A DNA stretch of 64,000 nt from Coriobacteriia bacterium (GCA_036508875.1 DATCGP010000012.1:2162-66161), one strand, 5' to 3'; shown: positions 28,572-39,483, counted from the stretch's first letter. Notes: a model not told the origin generated them from the letters alone. Made by a program: numbers and translations.

Positions 28572-30028
28572 GGACGATGGACGCCGTGCGCCTTGCCGAG
28601 ATACTCGACGACATCACGCGCGACGCCGCCGAGCCCGACGTAGCCATCAGCGGCATCGCCTACAACTCCCGGTCGGTGCGACCGGGAGACGCTTTCTTCT
28701 GCATCGCCGGCTTCGAGCGTGACGGGCACGATTTCGCCGCCGACGCCGAGGCACGCGGCGCGTGCGCGATCGTTGCGGAGCGCGCTGTGCCGGGAGTCCG
28801 GATACCAGTGGTGATCGTCCCGGACACGCGTCGGGCCTTGGCGGTGGCGTCGTCCCGCTTCTTCGGACACCCCTCCTCGGACATGCGCGTCGTCGGGATC
28901 ACGGGGACGAACGGCAAGACGACCACGACCTACGTGCTCGACTCGGTGCTGCGCGCGGCCGGCTTCCTCACGGGGGTCATCGGGACGATCGAGACCCGTA
29001 TCGGCGGTGCGCGTGAGCCGGCCTCTCGGACCACCCCGGAGTCGCGCGACCTGCAGGAGACGCTGTCGCGGATGCGGGTCGCGTGTGTGACCGCCGTGTC
29101 GATGGAGGTCTCCTCCCACGCGGTCGACCTGCATCGCGTGGACGGGGTCGAGTTCGCCGTCGTCGCCTTCACGAACCTGTCGCAGGACCACCTGGACTAC
29201 CACGCGACGATGGAGGAGTACTTCAGCGTCAAGGCCCGTTTCATGGGCTGCGTGCCTATCGAGCGCCGTGTGGTCAACGTCGACGACGACCACGGAGTCC
29301 TCATCGCGGACACTCTCGGGGCCCACTGGCAGGTCGGGACGTCGGCTCGGGCCAACGTGCGCGGCCAGGACATCGTCATGCAGGCCGCGTGCTGCCGCTT
29401 CCGGCTGATCACTCCGGAGGGCGAGGCCCACGTCGTGCTGCCGCTCGCGGGCGCCTTCAACGTCTCGAACGCTCTGGTCGCCGCAGGGTGCGGGCTGGCC
29501 CTCGGGCTGCCGCTGCAGACGATAGTGGCGGGCCTGGAGAACGCGCCGCAGGTTCCTGGTCGTCTCGAACGCATCGACGAAGGGCAGGACTTCGCGGTCC
29601 TGGTCGACTACGCCCACACCCCGGACGGTCTGGCGAACGCGATAGCCGCGGTCCGCGATGCGACGAGGGGCCGCGTCATCACCGTGTTCGGCTGCGGCGG
29701 CGATCGGGATCCCGACAAGCGCGCCTTGATGGGCCAGGTGGCGGGTTCGTCCTCCGATATCGTGGTGCTGACGAGTGACAATCCGCGAAGCGAGGACCCG
29801 GTCGGCATCATCCTGCAGGTGGAGGACGGACTCGACGGGACCGCGGCACGCCGCTATGTCGAGGTGGACCGGCGCGCCGCCATCGCCTTCGCGCTGAGCC
29901 TCGCCGTGTCCGACGACACCGTGCTCGTCGCGGGTAAAGGACACGAGGACTACCAGATATTCGCCGACCGGACGATCCACTTCGACGATCGCGAGATCGC
30001 ACGAGAGGAGCTGAGGCGGTCATGGTGA
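28568..30028 (+). CDS. murE: UDP-N-acetylmuramoyl-L-alanyl-D-glutamate--2,6-diaminopimelate ligase
   Basis: GITGTNGKTTT P-loop. The DNPR motif (TSDNPRSEDP) indicates meso-DAP specificity. Confidence 0.93.
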   Translation: MRTMDAVRLAEILDDITRDAAEPDVAISGIAYNSRSVRPGDAFFCIAGFERDGHDFAADAEARGACAIVAERAVPGVRIPVVIVPDTRRALAVASSRFFGHPSSDMRVVGITGTNGKTTTTYVLDSVLRAAGFLTGVIGTIETRIGGAREPASRTTPESRDLQETLSRMRVACVTAVSMEVSSHAVDLHRVDGVEFAVVAFTNLSQDHLDYHATMEEYFSVKARFMGCVPIERRVVNVDDDHGVLIADTLGAHWQVGTSARANVRGQDIVMQAACCRFRLITPEGEAHVVLPLAGAFNVSNALVAAGCGLALGLPLQTIVAGLENAPQVPGRLERIDEGQDFAVLVDYAHTPDGLANAIAAVRDATRGRVITVFGCGGDRDPDKRALMGQVAGSSSDIVVLTSDNPRSEDPVGIILQVEDGLDGTAARRYVEVDRRAAIAFALSLAVSDDTVLVAGKGHEDYQIFADRTIHFDDREIAREELRRSW

Positions 30029-31434
30029 CGATGCCGGCTGCCTACCTCGCCGAGATCGTGGGCGGTGAGGTCGTGGCGGGCCCACCCGAGGCAGTCCTTC
30101 GTGGAGCGGAGATCGATTCGCGCCAGCTCGTCCCCGGGATGGCGTTCTTCGCGCTGCCGGGCGAACGTACCGATGGGCACGCACACGTCGAGGCGGCGGC
30201 TCGTGCGGGCGCGCGTGTGGTCGTCGTCTCCAGGTTCGACGAGTCCATCGCGCCGCAATTGGGCAAGCCCGGCACGCCGCAGATCGCCGTCGTCCTGGTG
30301 CCGGATGTCGCCGAGGCGCTCCGAGCGCTTGCGGTCCATCACCGGGGAACCCTGCGCTGCACCGTCGTGGGGATCACCGGGTCCACAGGGAAGACGAGCA
30401 CGAAGGACTTCCTGGTCGCCGCACTGGGTGAGGGCTGTTCATGTGTGGCGACGGTCGGGAATCGCAACAACGAGCTCGGAGTGCCGCTCACGGTGTTCCG
30501 CGCCGGCCCCAGGACAGACGTGTTGATCGTCGAGATGGGGATGCGCGGCGAAGGCCAGATCGCGCGCCTGTGCGAGATCGCGCGTCCCTCGGTCGGGATC
30601 GTGACGAACATCGGCCAGACACACATGGAACTTCTTGGCTCGGAGGACGCGATCGCGCGCGCGAAGGGCGAGCTGGTGGAGTGCGTTCCGGCTGACGGCC
30701 GGGTCTTCCTGAACGGGGACGACGTCTGGTCGCGCTCGTTGGCGGAGCGCGCTTCAGCACCGATCACGTGGTACGGGATGGGGGAGGCCGCGGACGTGCG
30801 CGCCAGCGACGTTTCGGTGGATGATCTGGGGAGGCCGTCCTTCACGCTCTCCGCGGGCGGGGAGGACTGCCGGGTCACCTTGCCGGTCCCCGGGCGGCAT
30901 CATGCGTACACCTCGGCGGCAGCCGCGGCAACCGCGCTGTACCTGGGCGTCTCCTTGGAGCAGATCGCGTCGCGGCTGGCGGATGTGCGGGTCAGTGGCA
31001 TGCGCATGCAGGTGTTCGTCGCGGCGAACGGCGTCACCATCATCAACGACGCCTACAATGCGAGCCCGACTTCGATGCGCGCCGCGGTCGCCACTCTAGC
31101 GGACATGACCTCGCACGGCGCGCGCATCGCGGTGCTCGGTGACATGGCCGAGCTGGGGTCGCTCACGGAGCTCGCGCACTTCCGTCTCGGCGAAGAGATC
31201 GCCAGGTCAGGGATCGAGACGCTCGTGACCGCGGGACCAAGGGCCTCGCGCATCGCCGAAGGCGCTCTCGCAGCCGGCATGCCTGATCGTTCGGTCCGGC
31301 CGTGCGCCAACGTCGATGAGGCCTCGGAAGTCCTCGACGACCTGCTTCGCGCGGGGGATATCGTCCTGGTGAAAGCGTCCCGCTCGATGGGTCTCGAGCG
31401 GATCGTCGAGAGGATACTGGCGACAGATGCCTAG
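30022..31434 (+). CDS. murF: UDP-N-acetylmuramoyl-tripeptide--D-alanyl-D-alanine ligase
   Basis: GITGSTGKTSTKD P-loop, Mur ligase middle and C-terminal domains. Overlaps murE by 7 nt. Confidence 0.93.
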   Translation: MVTMPAAYLAEIVGGEVVAGPPEAVLRGAEIDSRQLVPGMAFFALPGERTDGHAHVEAAARAGARVVVVSRFDESIAPQLGKPGTPQIAVVLVPDVAEALRALAVHHRGTLRCTVVGITGSTGKTSTKDFLVAALGEGCSCVATVGNRNNELGVPLTVFRAGPRTDVLIVEMGMRGEGQIARLCEIARPSVGIVTNIGQTHMELLGSEDAIARAKGELVECVPADGRVFLNGDDVWSRSLAERASAPITWYGMGEAADVRASDVSVDDLGRPSFTLSAGGEDCRVTLPVPGRHHAYTSAAAAATALYLGVSLEQIASRLADVRVSGMRMQVFVAANGVTIINDAYNASPTSMRAAVATLADMTSHGARIAVLGDMAELGSLTELAHFRLGEEIARSGIETLVTAGPRASRIAEGALAAGMPDRSVRPCANVDEASEVLDDLLRAGDIVLVKASRSMGLERIVERILATDA

Positions 31435-32491
31435 CATCAGCTTCCTCCAGTTCGATCGCTATCCGACGTACCAGGTGTTCATGGTCATCGTGATGGCGGT
31501 CGCCGCCGCGGTGCTGCTGTTGCCGTTGTGGATCCGCCTCGTGCGGTATCGGAACATCGGCCAGCAGGTCCGGGCAGACGGCCCGCAGGGGCACCTCGTC
31601 AAACAGGGCACGCCGACGATGGGCGGGGTCCTTATCATGCTCGTCGTCACCGCGGTGTTCCTCGCGATCGGGCACGCTGACCCGCCCAGCCTTCTCGCCC
31701 TCGGGGCGATGCTCGCCTGCGGCGTGCTCGGCTTCGTGGACGACTACGCGAAGGTCATAAAGGAGAGGTCGCTCGGCCTGACAGCCCTGACCAAGATCGT
31801 CTGGCAGGTGGCGATCTCTCTGACGATCGGCCTGGTGGCGGTCAACTGGGTGGGCGTGAGCGCGAAGGTCGACCTGCCTTTGCTCGGGCTCGGCATGGAT
31901 CTTGGCATCTTGAGCAGCACGTTCGCCGTCGCCGGTCACATGATCGTGGTCCCGTGGCTCTACCTGCTGCTCGTTTGCTTCATGGTCGTCGGGTTCAGCA
32001 ACACCGTGAATCTGACCGACGGCCTCGACGGTCTTGCTGCTGGCACCGTCACGATCGTCATGTTCGCGTTCGCAGCCATCGCGTTCCGCCAGAACCACCT
32101 GCCCGTTGCGCTCGTGGCTGCGGCGGTCGCTGGTGCGTGCATCGGCTTCCTCTGGTACAACAGCTATCCCGCCGACATCTTCATGGGGGACACCGGCTCG
32201 CTCGGATTGGGGGCGGTCATCGCCACGCTGGCGATCGTCACCAAGACGGAACTGCTCTCCGTGCTGATCGGCGGCATCTACGTGATAGAGGGACTGTCGG
32301 TCATCCTGCAGGTCGCCTCGTTCAAGCTCACGGGGAAGCGCATCTTCCGCATGGCGCCGATACACCACCATTTCGAGATGAAGGGCTGGAGCGAGACCAA
32401 GATCATGGTGCGCTTCTGGATCGTCACTGGCGTCTTCGCCGGCGCCGGATTCGCCCTCTACTTCCTCTCCCAGCTCCAGGTCGGTTCCTGA
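31427..32491 (+). CDS. mraY: Phospho-N-acetylmuramoyl-pentapeptide transferase
   Basis: GFVDDYAKV, NTVNLTDGLDGLA, MGDTGSLGLG, PIHHHFE. Confidence 0.96.
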   Translation: MPSISFLQFDRYPTYQVFMVIVMAVAAAVLLLPLWIRLVRYRNIGQQVRADGPQGHLVKQGTPTMGGVLIMLVVTAVFLAIGHADPPSLLALGAMLACGVLGFVDDYAKVIKERSLGLTALTKIVWQVAISLTIGLVAVNWVGVSAKVDLPLLGLGMDLGILSSTFAVAGHMIVVPWLYLLLVCFMVVGFSNTVNLTDGLDGLAAGTVTIVMFAFAAIAFRQNHLPVALVAAAVAGACIGFLWYNSYPADIFMGDTGSLGLGAVIATLAIVTKTELLSVLIGGIYVIEGLSVILQVASFKLTGKRIFRMAPIHHHFEMKGWSETKIMVRFWIVTGVFAGAGFALYFLSQLQVGS

Positions 32492-32492
32492 C

Positions 32493-33872
32493 GTGCCGAA
32501 CCTGAGCGGACGTGTCGCGATACTCGGCCTCGGCCGTTCCGGCGAGGCCGTCGTCGACTGGGCGCTCGGTAGGCCCGGCTGTGTGCCCGGTGACGTCGAG
32601 GTGTACGTGGAGCATGACACTCCAGCGCTGCGATCGACCGCTGAAGGCATGCGCGCGCGCGGCGTGGGCGTGTCGCTCGGTGCGTCCGATCTCGGCGGGC
32701 AGGCACCCGACCTGATCGTCGCGTCTCCAGGCATCGCTCCACACAGGCCCCTGATGGTCGCAGCGCGAGAGAGCGGCTCACCCGTGATCTCCGAGCTGGA
32801 GCTCGCATACCTCGTCGGTCGCGCCCCGTTCATCGCCGTCACCGGCACGAACGGCAAGACCACGACGACCGCGTTGATCGCCCATCTGCTGGTCACGGCC
32901 GGCATTGACGCGCGGCCCGCCGGCAACATAGGCCAGCCGGCGTTGGGTGTCGCGCGCGACGTCCCCGTCGACGGAGTCGTGGTGGGGGAGTGTTCTTCGT
33001 TCCAGCTCGCGCTCACCGCGGAGTTCCATCCGCGGGTCGCCGTGCTCCTCAACATCACTCCGGATCACATCGATTGGCACGGTTCGTTCGAGAGGTACGC
33101 GGCGGACAAGCTTCGCATCTTCGCGAACCAGGGTCCCGGCGATACAGCGGTGGTGGACGTCGACGACCCTGAGTCCGCTTCGGTTGCCTCGACACTGGCC
33201 CTGGGCAAGGCGCTGTTGCTGCGCGTGAGCGTCTGCGACGGCGGCGAGGCTCGTGTGGAGGATGGTGAGCTGGTCGTCGACACCGGAAGCGGCCCTCAGC
33301 GCCTGGTGCGCCCGGACGAGCTGCAGATCCGCGGCGCGCACAACGTGTCGAACGCGCTGTCGGCGGCGGCCGCAGCCCTTGCTTTCGGGGCACACATCGA
33401 CGCGGTCCGCGAGGGGCTGCGCACCTTCGCACCGATCGAGCACCGTCTCGAGCCGGTGGCCACGGTCGGCGGTGTGCTGTTCGTGAACGACTCCAAGGCG
33501 ACGAACCCCGACGCGGTGCTGAAGGCGCTCACCGCCTTCGACGAGCGCCCCCTGATCGTGATGCTCGGAGGGCGCAACAAGGGCAACGACTTCGATGGGC
33601 TCGCTCGTGCGTGCAAGAGGCAGGCGAGACTGTGCGTGTTGTACGGAGAGGCGCGCGGCGAGCTCGTGGCCTCGTTCGAACGCGTCGGGGCCGCCTTCCG
33701 GATCGCGGACGGGATGCTGGATGCGCTCGCTGAGGCGGCAGGCCTCGCGCGCGAGGGTGACGTCGTCCTCTTGTCTCCCGCGTGCGCCAGCTTCGACGAG
33801 TTCGCGGACTTCCAGGATCGAGGCCGCAGGTTCGCGGCCGCGGTCGGCGCTATCGCAGGCGGGCCGCGATGA
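32493..33872 (+). CDS. murD: UDP-N-acetylmuramoylalanine--D-glutamate ligase
   Basis: VTGTNGKTTTT P-loop, NDSKATNP motif. Confidence 0.93.
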   Translation: MPNLSGRVAILGLGRSGEAVVDWALGRPGCVPGDVEVYVEHDTPALRSTAEGMRARGVGVSLGASDLGGQAPDLIVASPGIAPHRPLMVAARESGSPVISELELAYLVGRAPFIAVTGTNGKTTTTALIAHLLVTAGIDARPAGNIGQPALGVARDVPVDGVVVGECSSFQLALTAEFHPRVAVLLNITPDHIDWHGSFERYAADKLRIFANQGPGDTAVVDVDDPESASVASTLALGKALLLRVSVCDGGEARVEDGELVVDTGSGPQRLVRPDELQIRGAHNVSNALSAAAAALAFGAHIDAVREGLRTFAPIEHRLEPVATVGGVLFVNDSKATNPDAVLKALTAFDERPLIVMLGGRNKGNDFDGLARACKRQARLCVLYGEARGELVASFERVGAAFRIADGMLDALAEAAGLAREGDVVLLSPACASFDEFADFQDRGRRFAAAVGAIAGGPR

Positions 33873-35008
33873 CGACCAGCGATGCGCAGCCGCAGTCAGG
33901 GGCGAAGTATCTGCTCCTCGGCACGACTGTCTTCCTGGCGCTGGGCGGGCTGCTGATGATCTTCTCGGCATCGGCTGTCACGGACTTCATCAGCAGCGGG
34001 AACAGCTACGACCACGTGATGCATCAAGCCGTGTTCCTCGTCATCGGGATCATCGGACTGGCCTTCTGCTCACGCTTGTCCCAGGGGCTCATCCGAAGGA
34101 CAGGATGGTGGATCCTGCTGGTCTCGGATGCCGCGCTCGTGTATGTCCTGGTCTCGGGTGTCGGGAAGTGGGGGGCGGTCCGCTGGATCGACCTCGGCTT
34201 CACGACCCTGCAGCCGTCGGAGTTCGCGAAGCTCGGATGCGTGCTGGTCTGTGCCGGGATCATGGCGGACCGGGCGAAGCACCCCGGCAGTCCGTGGAAG
34301 GACGACCTCCTCAAGGTGCTGCTGGCGGCGGGGATCCCGTTCGGGCTTGTCATGTTGCAGCCGGACATGGGAACGGCGATGTCGATCGTCGCGGCGGTGT
34401 TCGTGGTGCTGGTCCTCGGCGGGTTGCCAGGATGGATGATCGCCGCCTCGGGCGCGGTGGCGGGCGTGAGCATACCCGCACTCATCTTCGCGAAGGGGTA
34501 CCGCGCGGCACGCTTCCTGAGCTTCCTCGACCCGACCTCCGATCCGCAGGGGGCCGGGTATCAGATACTGCAGGCCCGCATCGCGTTCGGGTCCGGGGGC
34601 CTGTTCGGACTGGGCTTGGGGATGTCGCGCCAGAAGATCGGCTACCTGCCCGCCGCGCACACCGACTTCATCTTCGCCATCATCGGCGAGGAACTCGGGC
34701 TTCTCGGCAGCGCAGCCGTTGTGATCGCGTTCGGGCTCTTCTGCTACGCCGGCATCAAGCTCGCGTTGTCCGTGAAGGATCCCTATGCGCGTCTGGTGTC
34801 GGGGGGCCTGACCGCGATGATCGTGACACAGGCGATCATCAACATGTCGTCGGTTACAGGCCTAATGCCGGTCATCGGTGTGCCACTGCCACTGGTCAGC
34901 TATGGTGGTTCTTCACTCGTGTTCACGCTCGGCTGCATCGGACTCATCCTCGCCACAACCTCCGGACGGACACGGGCGCGCGCGTCGTCCAGCGGTCGCG
35001 CGCAGTGA
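33869..35008 (+). CDS. ftsW: SEDS-family peptidoglycan glycosyltransferase FtsW
   Basis: Polytopic SEDS protein (QPSEFAKL, LQPDMGTA, PLPLVSYGGSS). ATG at 33869 overlaps the murD stop (ATGA). Confidence 0.92.
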   Translation: MTTSDAQPQSGAKYLLLGTTVFLALGGLLMIFSASAVTDFISSGNSYDHVMHQAVFLVIGIIGLAFCSRLSQGLIRRTGWWILLVSDAALVYVLVSGVGKWGAVRWIDLGFTTLQPSEFAKLGCVLVCAGIMADRAKHPGSPWKDDLLKVLLAAGIPFGLVMLQPDMGTAMSIVAAVFVVLVLGGLPGWMIAASGAVAGVSIPALIFAKGYRAARFLSFLDPTSDPQGAGYQILQARIAFGSGGLFGLGLGMSRQKIGYLPAAHTDFIFAIIGEELGLLGSAAVVIAFGLFCYAGIKLALSVKDPYARLVSGGLTAMIVTQAIINMSSVTGLMPVIGVPLPLVSYGGSSLVFTLGCIGLILATTSGRTRARASSSGRAQ

Positions 35009-35030
35009 AACGGATCCGAGAGGAAGACCC

Positions 35031-36170
35031 ATGCGCGTACTGGTGAGCGGGGGAGGCACGGCCGGGCACATCTACCCGGCGCTGTCCGTCGCCCGCGTTC
35101 TCGCCGGTGACGAGCACGAGGACGTGGTGTTCGTCGGTGCGCCGCACAGCCTCGAGGAGCGCCTCGCGACCGAGGCCGGTTTCGAGTTCATCCCCGTCCG
35201 CGTGAGCGGCTGGGACCGTGCGAGACCCGTCTCGTTGCTGACGGGTGGGTTCACGACTCTGGCGTCAGTGTCCCGCTGCGTGCGTCTCCTGCGCCGCGAG
35301 CGGGCGGACGTGGTCATCGGGTTCGGCGGTTACGTGTCGCTGCCGCTCGGTCTCGCCGCGGCGCTGACGCGCATCCCACTCGTGCTGCACGAGCAGAACG
35401 CAGTGCCGGGGGTCGCGAACCGCATGTTGGCTCGCTGGGCGCGATCCGTCTGTTTGACCTACGACTCATCGGCGGCGACGCTGAGGACGTCGGGGAGCAC
35501 GATCGTCACGGGCAACCCTGTGCGTGAGGCTGTCCTCGAGGCTGACGGCGCGAGGGGACGTGATGCTTTCGGCATCGCACCCGGCGATCTCGTGCTCCTG
35601 GTGTTCGGCGGCAGCCGCGGCGCGCGACATCTCAACGAGGCTTTGGTAAACCTCTACCCGAGGCTTAGGGAACTTGGACATCTGCAGGTGGTGCAGATAG
35701 CGGGTCCCAAAGAAGCCGCAACGGTGCGCGCGGGATTGGCTCGGATCTCGGGCGACGCGCCTGTCTGGTGGAAGATAGAGGAGTACGTCGACGGCATGGG
35801 CGACCTGCTGGCCGCGGCGGATCTCGTGGTCTGCCGCTCGGGAGCGACGACGCTGGCCGAGCTTTCCGCAATCGGGCGGGCGTCGGTGTTGGTGCCTTAC
35901 CCGTACGCGACCGACGATCACCAGACGCGCAACGCGGAGCCGTTCATCGAGGTCGACGCGGCGGAGGTGGTCGCGGACTCAGGCCTGGACGGGTCCGAGT
36001 TCGGCCGGATCGTGATCTCGTTGCTGGAGGACCCGCAGCGGCGCGCTATCATGGCCGCCGTTGCCCGGACGCTCGGACGCCGGGACGCCGCACGGGCGGT
36101 GGCGGAAGTCGCACTCGCAGCAGTCGGCGGCGCACTTGCATCGCACGACGACAAGAGAGGCGGACAGTGA
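35031..36170 (+). CDS. murG: Undecaprenyldiphospho-muramoylpentapeptide beta-N-acetylglucosaminyltransferase
   Basis: MRVLVSGGGTAGHIYPA N-terminus. RBS GAGGAAG upstream of ATG 35031. Confidence 0.94.
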   Translation: MRVLVSGGGTAGHIYPALSVARVLAGDEHEDVVFVGAPHSLEERLATEAGFEFIPVRVSGWDRARPVSLLTGGFTTLASVSRCVRLLRRERADVVIGFGGYVSLPLGLAAALTRIPLVLHEQNAVPGVANRMLARWARSVCLTYDSSAATLRTSGSTIVTGNPVREAVLEADGARGRDAFGIAPGDLVLLVFGGSRGARHLNEALVNLYPRLRELGHLQVVQIAGPKEAATVRAGLARISGDAPVWWKIEEYVDGMGDLLAAADLVVCRSGATTLAELSAIGRASVLVPYPYATDDHQTRNAEPFIEVDAAEVVADSGLDGSEFGRIVISLLEDPQRRAIMAAVARTLGRRDAARAVAEVALAAVGGALASHDDKRGGQ

Positions 36171-37561
36171 GCTCCGCGTACGCACATTTCATCGGGATCG
36201 GTGGAGCCGGCATGAGCGGGCTCGCCCGTGTCCTGCACGAGCGCGGTCAGGTCGTGACCGGATCGGACATGCGGCACTCGCGCTACGCGGCCGCGCTGGC
36301 CGACATGGGCGTGCCCGTGGCGATCGGCCACGACGCCGCGAACCTCGGTGACCCGGAGATCGTCGTCGTCTCTTCCGCCATACCCGAGAGCAATCCCGAG
36401 TTGGCAGAGGCGCGCATGAGAGGGCTGACCGTCTGGCCGAGGGCCCGCATGCTGGCCGCGCTCGCCGGCGACCAGCTGACCGTCGCGGTCGCCGGCACCC
36501 ATGGGAAGACGTCGACGAGCGCGATGGCTGCGGCGGCCTTCATCGCTGCGGGCGAGGACCCGACGTTCCTGATCGGGGGCGAGCTGACGGGGTTGGGCGG
36601 CAACGCGCGGTGCGGATCCGGCCGCTACTACGTGGTCGAGGCGGACGAGTCGGACGGCTCATTCCTGCTACTGGACCCGTATTGCGCGATCGTGACGAAC
36701 GTGGAAGCCGATCATCTCGACCACTACGGCTCGTTCGAGGAGATCGTCGAGACGTTCACGCGGTTCCTCGCGCGCGTGCACCCCAACGGCGTGGCGGTGC
36801 TCTGTGCGGACGACCCGGTGCTTCGGCGCCTTGCCGCCGTTCTCGAACGGCGCGTCGTGACCTACGGTCGCGCGGCCGATGCCGACGTTAGGCTCGTCTC
36901 GTTCGATCCCACGGAGTCGGGCAGCGCGTTCATGGTGGGGCTGCCCGATGGGCGTGAGATCGCGTGCGCGGTCTGCACGCCGGGCGAGCACATGGCCCTG
37001 AACGCGACCGCGGTGCTCGCGGCCGCTTGGGCGCTCGGAGTCGACCTTGAGGCTGCGGCCCACGGGATCGCCGCGTTCGCGGGCGTGAAGCGCAGGTTCG
37101 AGGAGATCGGGCGCGTGGCAGGCGTGCGCGTGGTCGACGACTACGCGCACCACCCGACAGAGGTGAAAGCCACGCTCGAGGCAGCGCGCGCCGCTACCGA
37201 GGGCAGCGTCTGGGTCGTGTTCCAGCCCCACCGCTTCACACGGACGGCGGCCCTCTCCCGCGAGTTCGGAGAGGCGTTCGGAGCGGCCGACCGTGTGGTC
37301 CTTCTCGATGTCTACAGCGCCGGAGAGGCGCCCGTGCCCGGCGTCTCGGGCAAGACCGTCGTCGACGCGCTCTTGCGCTCGCACCCGCGCACCCGGCTCG
37401 CCTACTTCCCGCATCGCTCGGCGACAGCCTCATACGTCGCCGGGCGCGCCCGTCCTGGTGACCTCGTGCTGACGATGGGCGCGGGCGACGTGACAGCCCT
37501 GGCTCCGGAGATCGTGCGCGCATTGAGCGAGCGCGTGGCGTCGGGAGGTGGCGCGGCATGA
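36167..37561 (+). CDS. murC: UDP-N-acetylmuramate--L-alanine ligase
   Basis: HFIGIGGAGMSGLA and AGTHGKTSTS. GTG at 36167 overlaps the murG stop (GTGA). Confidence 0.94.
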   Translation: MSSAYAHFIGIGGAGMSGLARVLHERGQVVTGSDMRHSRYAAALADMGVPVAIGHDAANLGDPEIVVVSSAIPESNPELAEARMRGLTVWPRARMLAALAGDQLTVAVAGTHGKTSTSAMAAAAFIAAGEDPTFLIGGELTGLGGNARCGSGRYYVVEADESDGSFLLLDPYCAIVTNVEADHLDHYGSFEEIVETFTRFLARVHPNGVAVLCADDPVLRRLAAVLERRVVTYGRAADADVRLVSFDPTESGSAFMVGLPDGREIACAVCTPGEHMALNATAVLAAAWALGVDLEAAAHGIAAFAGVKRRFEEIGRVAGVRVVDDYAHHPTEVKATLEAARAATEGSVWVVFQPHRFTRTAALSREFGEAFGAADRVVLLDVYSAGEAPVPGVSGKTVVDALLRSHPRTRLAYFPHRSATASYVAGRARPGDLVLTMGAGDVTALAPEIVRALSERVASGGGAA

Positions 37562-38475
37562 GCGTCGCGGATGCCAGGGCGCGCTTGACGGCACAGCTCG
37601 TGGGAGAAGTGCGCAAGGGCGAGCCCATGGCCCGGCACACCACGTTTCGGATCGGCGGCCCGGCGGCGCTCTTCTGTGTCCTCGAGACCGTCCATGACCT
37701 CGCACTAGCTCTTCCGATCCTGGAGGAGGAAGGCGTCGAGTGGACGGTGGTCGGCAAGGGCAGCGACCTTCTCGTCTCGGACGAGGGGTACCCCGGCGCG
37801 GTCCTCATCCTCGGCCGCGAGTTCAAGCGGCACGCGGTCGAGGGCGGCCTTCTCCGGGCGGGAGCGGGATGCGTGCTCGCGCATCTCGTGCAGGAGGCTT
37901 TCAACCGTGGGCTGTTGGGCCTCGAATGGGCTGTCGGGATCCCCGGGACCGTGGGGGGCGCGCTCGTGATGAACGCGGGCACGAAGGAGGGCTGGATCGG
38001 TCAGGTCGTCGACACCGTCACCCTCTACGTCCCCGGTGAAGGCTTCGTGCTCGTCCACGGGCGGGACGTCGCGTGGGAGTACCGGCGCAGCGGCCTGGCG
38101 GGCCGCGGTATCATCCTCGAGGCATCGATGCGCGTGTCGGAGATCGACCCTTTGCGCATCCGCGCCCGCATGGAGAGAAGCCTCAAGGACCGCAAGGCGA
38201 CGCAACCGATGGGCCAGCCCAGCGCCGGGAGCGTCTTCATGAACCCGCCGGACGACTCTGCGGGCCGACTGATCGAGAGCGTCGGCCTGAAGGGGACTCG
38301 CGAGGGCGGCGCACGCGTTTCCCCGGCGCACGCGAACTTCATCGTCAACGAAGGCGGGGCGAGGGCGGCCGACGTGGTCCGGCTCATCCGCCTCATCCAG
38401 GACCGGGTGAAATCGGAGACCGGCACGGAGCTCAGACCGGAGATCAAGTTCCTTGGCCACTTCGAAGAAGCGTGA
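37558..38475 (+). CDS. murB: UDP-N-acetylenolpyruvoylglucosamine reductase
   Basis: FAD-binding HTTFRIGGPA, GSVFMNP, and the conserved C-terminal domain. Confidence 0.93.
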   Translation: MSVADARARLTAQLVGEVRKGEPMARHTTFRIGGPAALFCVLETVHDLALALPILEEEGVEWTVVGKGSDLLVSDEGYPGAVLILGREFKRHAVEGGLLRAGAGCVLAHLVQEAFNRGLLGLEWAVGIPGTVGGALVMNAGTKEGWIGQVVDTVTLYVPGEGFVLVHGRDVAWEYRRSGLAGRGIILEASMRVSEIDPLRIRARMERSLKDRKATQPMGQPSAGSVFMNPPDDSAGRLIESVGLKGTREGGARVSPAHANFIVNEGGARAADVVRLIRLIQDRVKSETGTELRPEIKFLGHFEEA

Positions 38476-39367
38476 GACCGTCTTCATATCGACCGCCCAG
38501 CGCGATCGGGCGGCTGCACGCCGGACACACACGGACGCAGGCAAGCGGGCGCGCGCTGGTTCCTCGCCCAAGCCGAGAAGCGACGCGCGTGCGCTTGCCG
38601 AGGCACGGCGTGCCGAGCGCGACGGCCGCATAGCCGAAAGGCGTCGGATGACCCGGCTACGGGCGCTTGGCGTCTTCGCGATCGTCGCGATCGTCGTCAC
38701 CGCGTGCGTCTGGGTGTACAACTCGGACCTGTTCAAGATCACCAACGTCGAGGTCGTGGCGACCGAACACGTCTCCAGTGAAGACGTGCTCGCGCTGGCG
38801 GCGGTCCCGCCGGACGCGACGCTGCTCCGATTCCCGGCGGACGAGGTCGCGGCCCGGGTCGCGGCCGACCCCTGGGTGGCCTCCGTCATCGTGTCGCGGG
38901 TGTTCCCCTCAGGGATGCGCATCCGAGTGACGGAGCGCGTACCGGAGGCCATGGTCGATGCGGGCAACGCCTTCATGCTCATCGACGCGCAAGGCATGGT
39001 CATCGCCACCGCGACCGTCGGCGCCACCGCGACGGTGCCTGTCATCCAGGACGTGCCTGGCCTCGATCTGAAGCCGGGCAGGAAGACCGTTTCCGAGCCG
39101 CTCCTGAACGCACTCGCCGTCCTGAACGGGATCAGCCGCGAGCTGGCCGCCATGGTCGTGAGTGTCGATGCGGCCACCGTGGACGGCACGACGCTCACGA
39201 CGGCGAGCCGGGTCGAGATCGTGATCGGGCAGGCCGATGACGCGCAGAACCCACTTGCGACGAAGGACGCGCTCGCGCGCGGTATTCTCGCGGAGCAGAA
39301 CGGCAAGGTGGTGGGCATAGACGTGCGGCTGGTCGATCGGCCGACGTCCCATGGCCTGCCCAAGTAG
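38453..39367 (+). CDS. ftsQ: Cell division protein FtsQ/DivIB (POTRA domain)
   Basis: Basic cytoplasmic N-terminus, TM helix LGVFAIVAIVVTACVWVY, POTRA segment FKITNVEVVATEHVSSEDVLA. Start is uncertain (TTG 38453 or ATG 38648). Confidence 0.82.
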   Translation: MATSKKRETVFISTAQRDRAAARRTHTDAGKRARAGSSPKPRSDARALAEARRAERDGRIAERRRMTRLRALGVFAIVAIVVTACVWVYNSDLFKITNVEVVATEHVSSEDVLALAAVPPDATLLRFPADEVAARVAADPWVASVIVSRVFPSGMRIRVTERVPEAMVDAGNAFMLIDAQGMVIATATVGATATVPVIQDVPGLDLKPGRKTVSEPLLNALAVLNGISRELAAMVVSVDAATVDGTTLTTASRVEIVIGQADDAQNPLATKDALARGILAEQNGKVVGIDVRLVDRPTSHGLPK

Positions 39368-39483
39368 CGCCTCGGGACCGAGCAAGGTACCAGGAGGTCT
39401 CATGAACGGTTCGAGGACGACAACGAGACAGCCGGTGGTGCCAAGGGTGGCGACCCGCGCTCGCGGCGATCATCGCGCTCTCG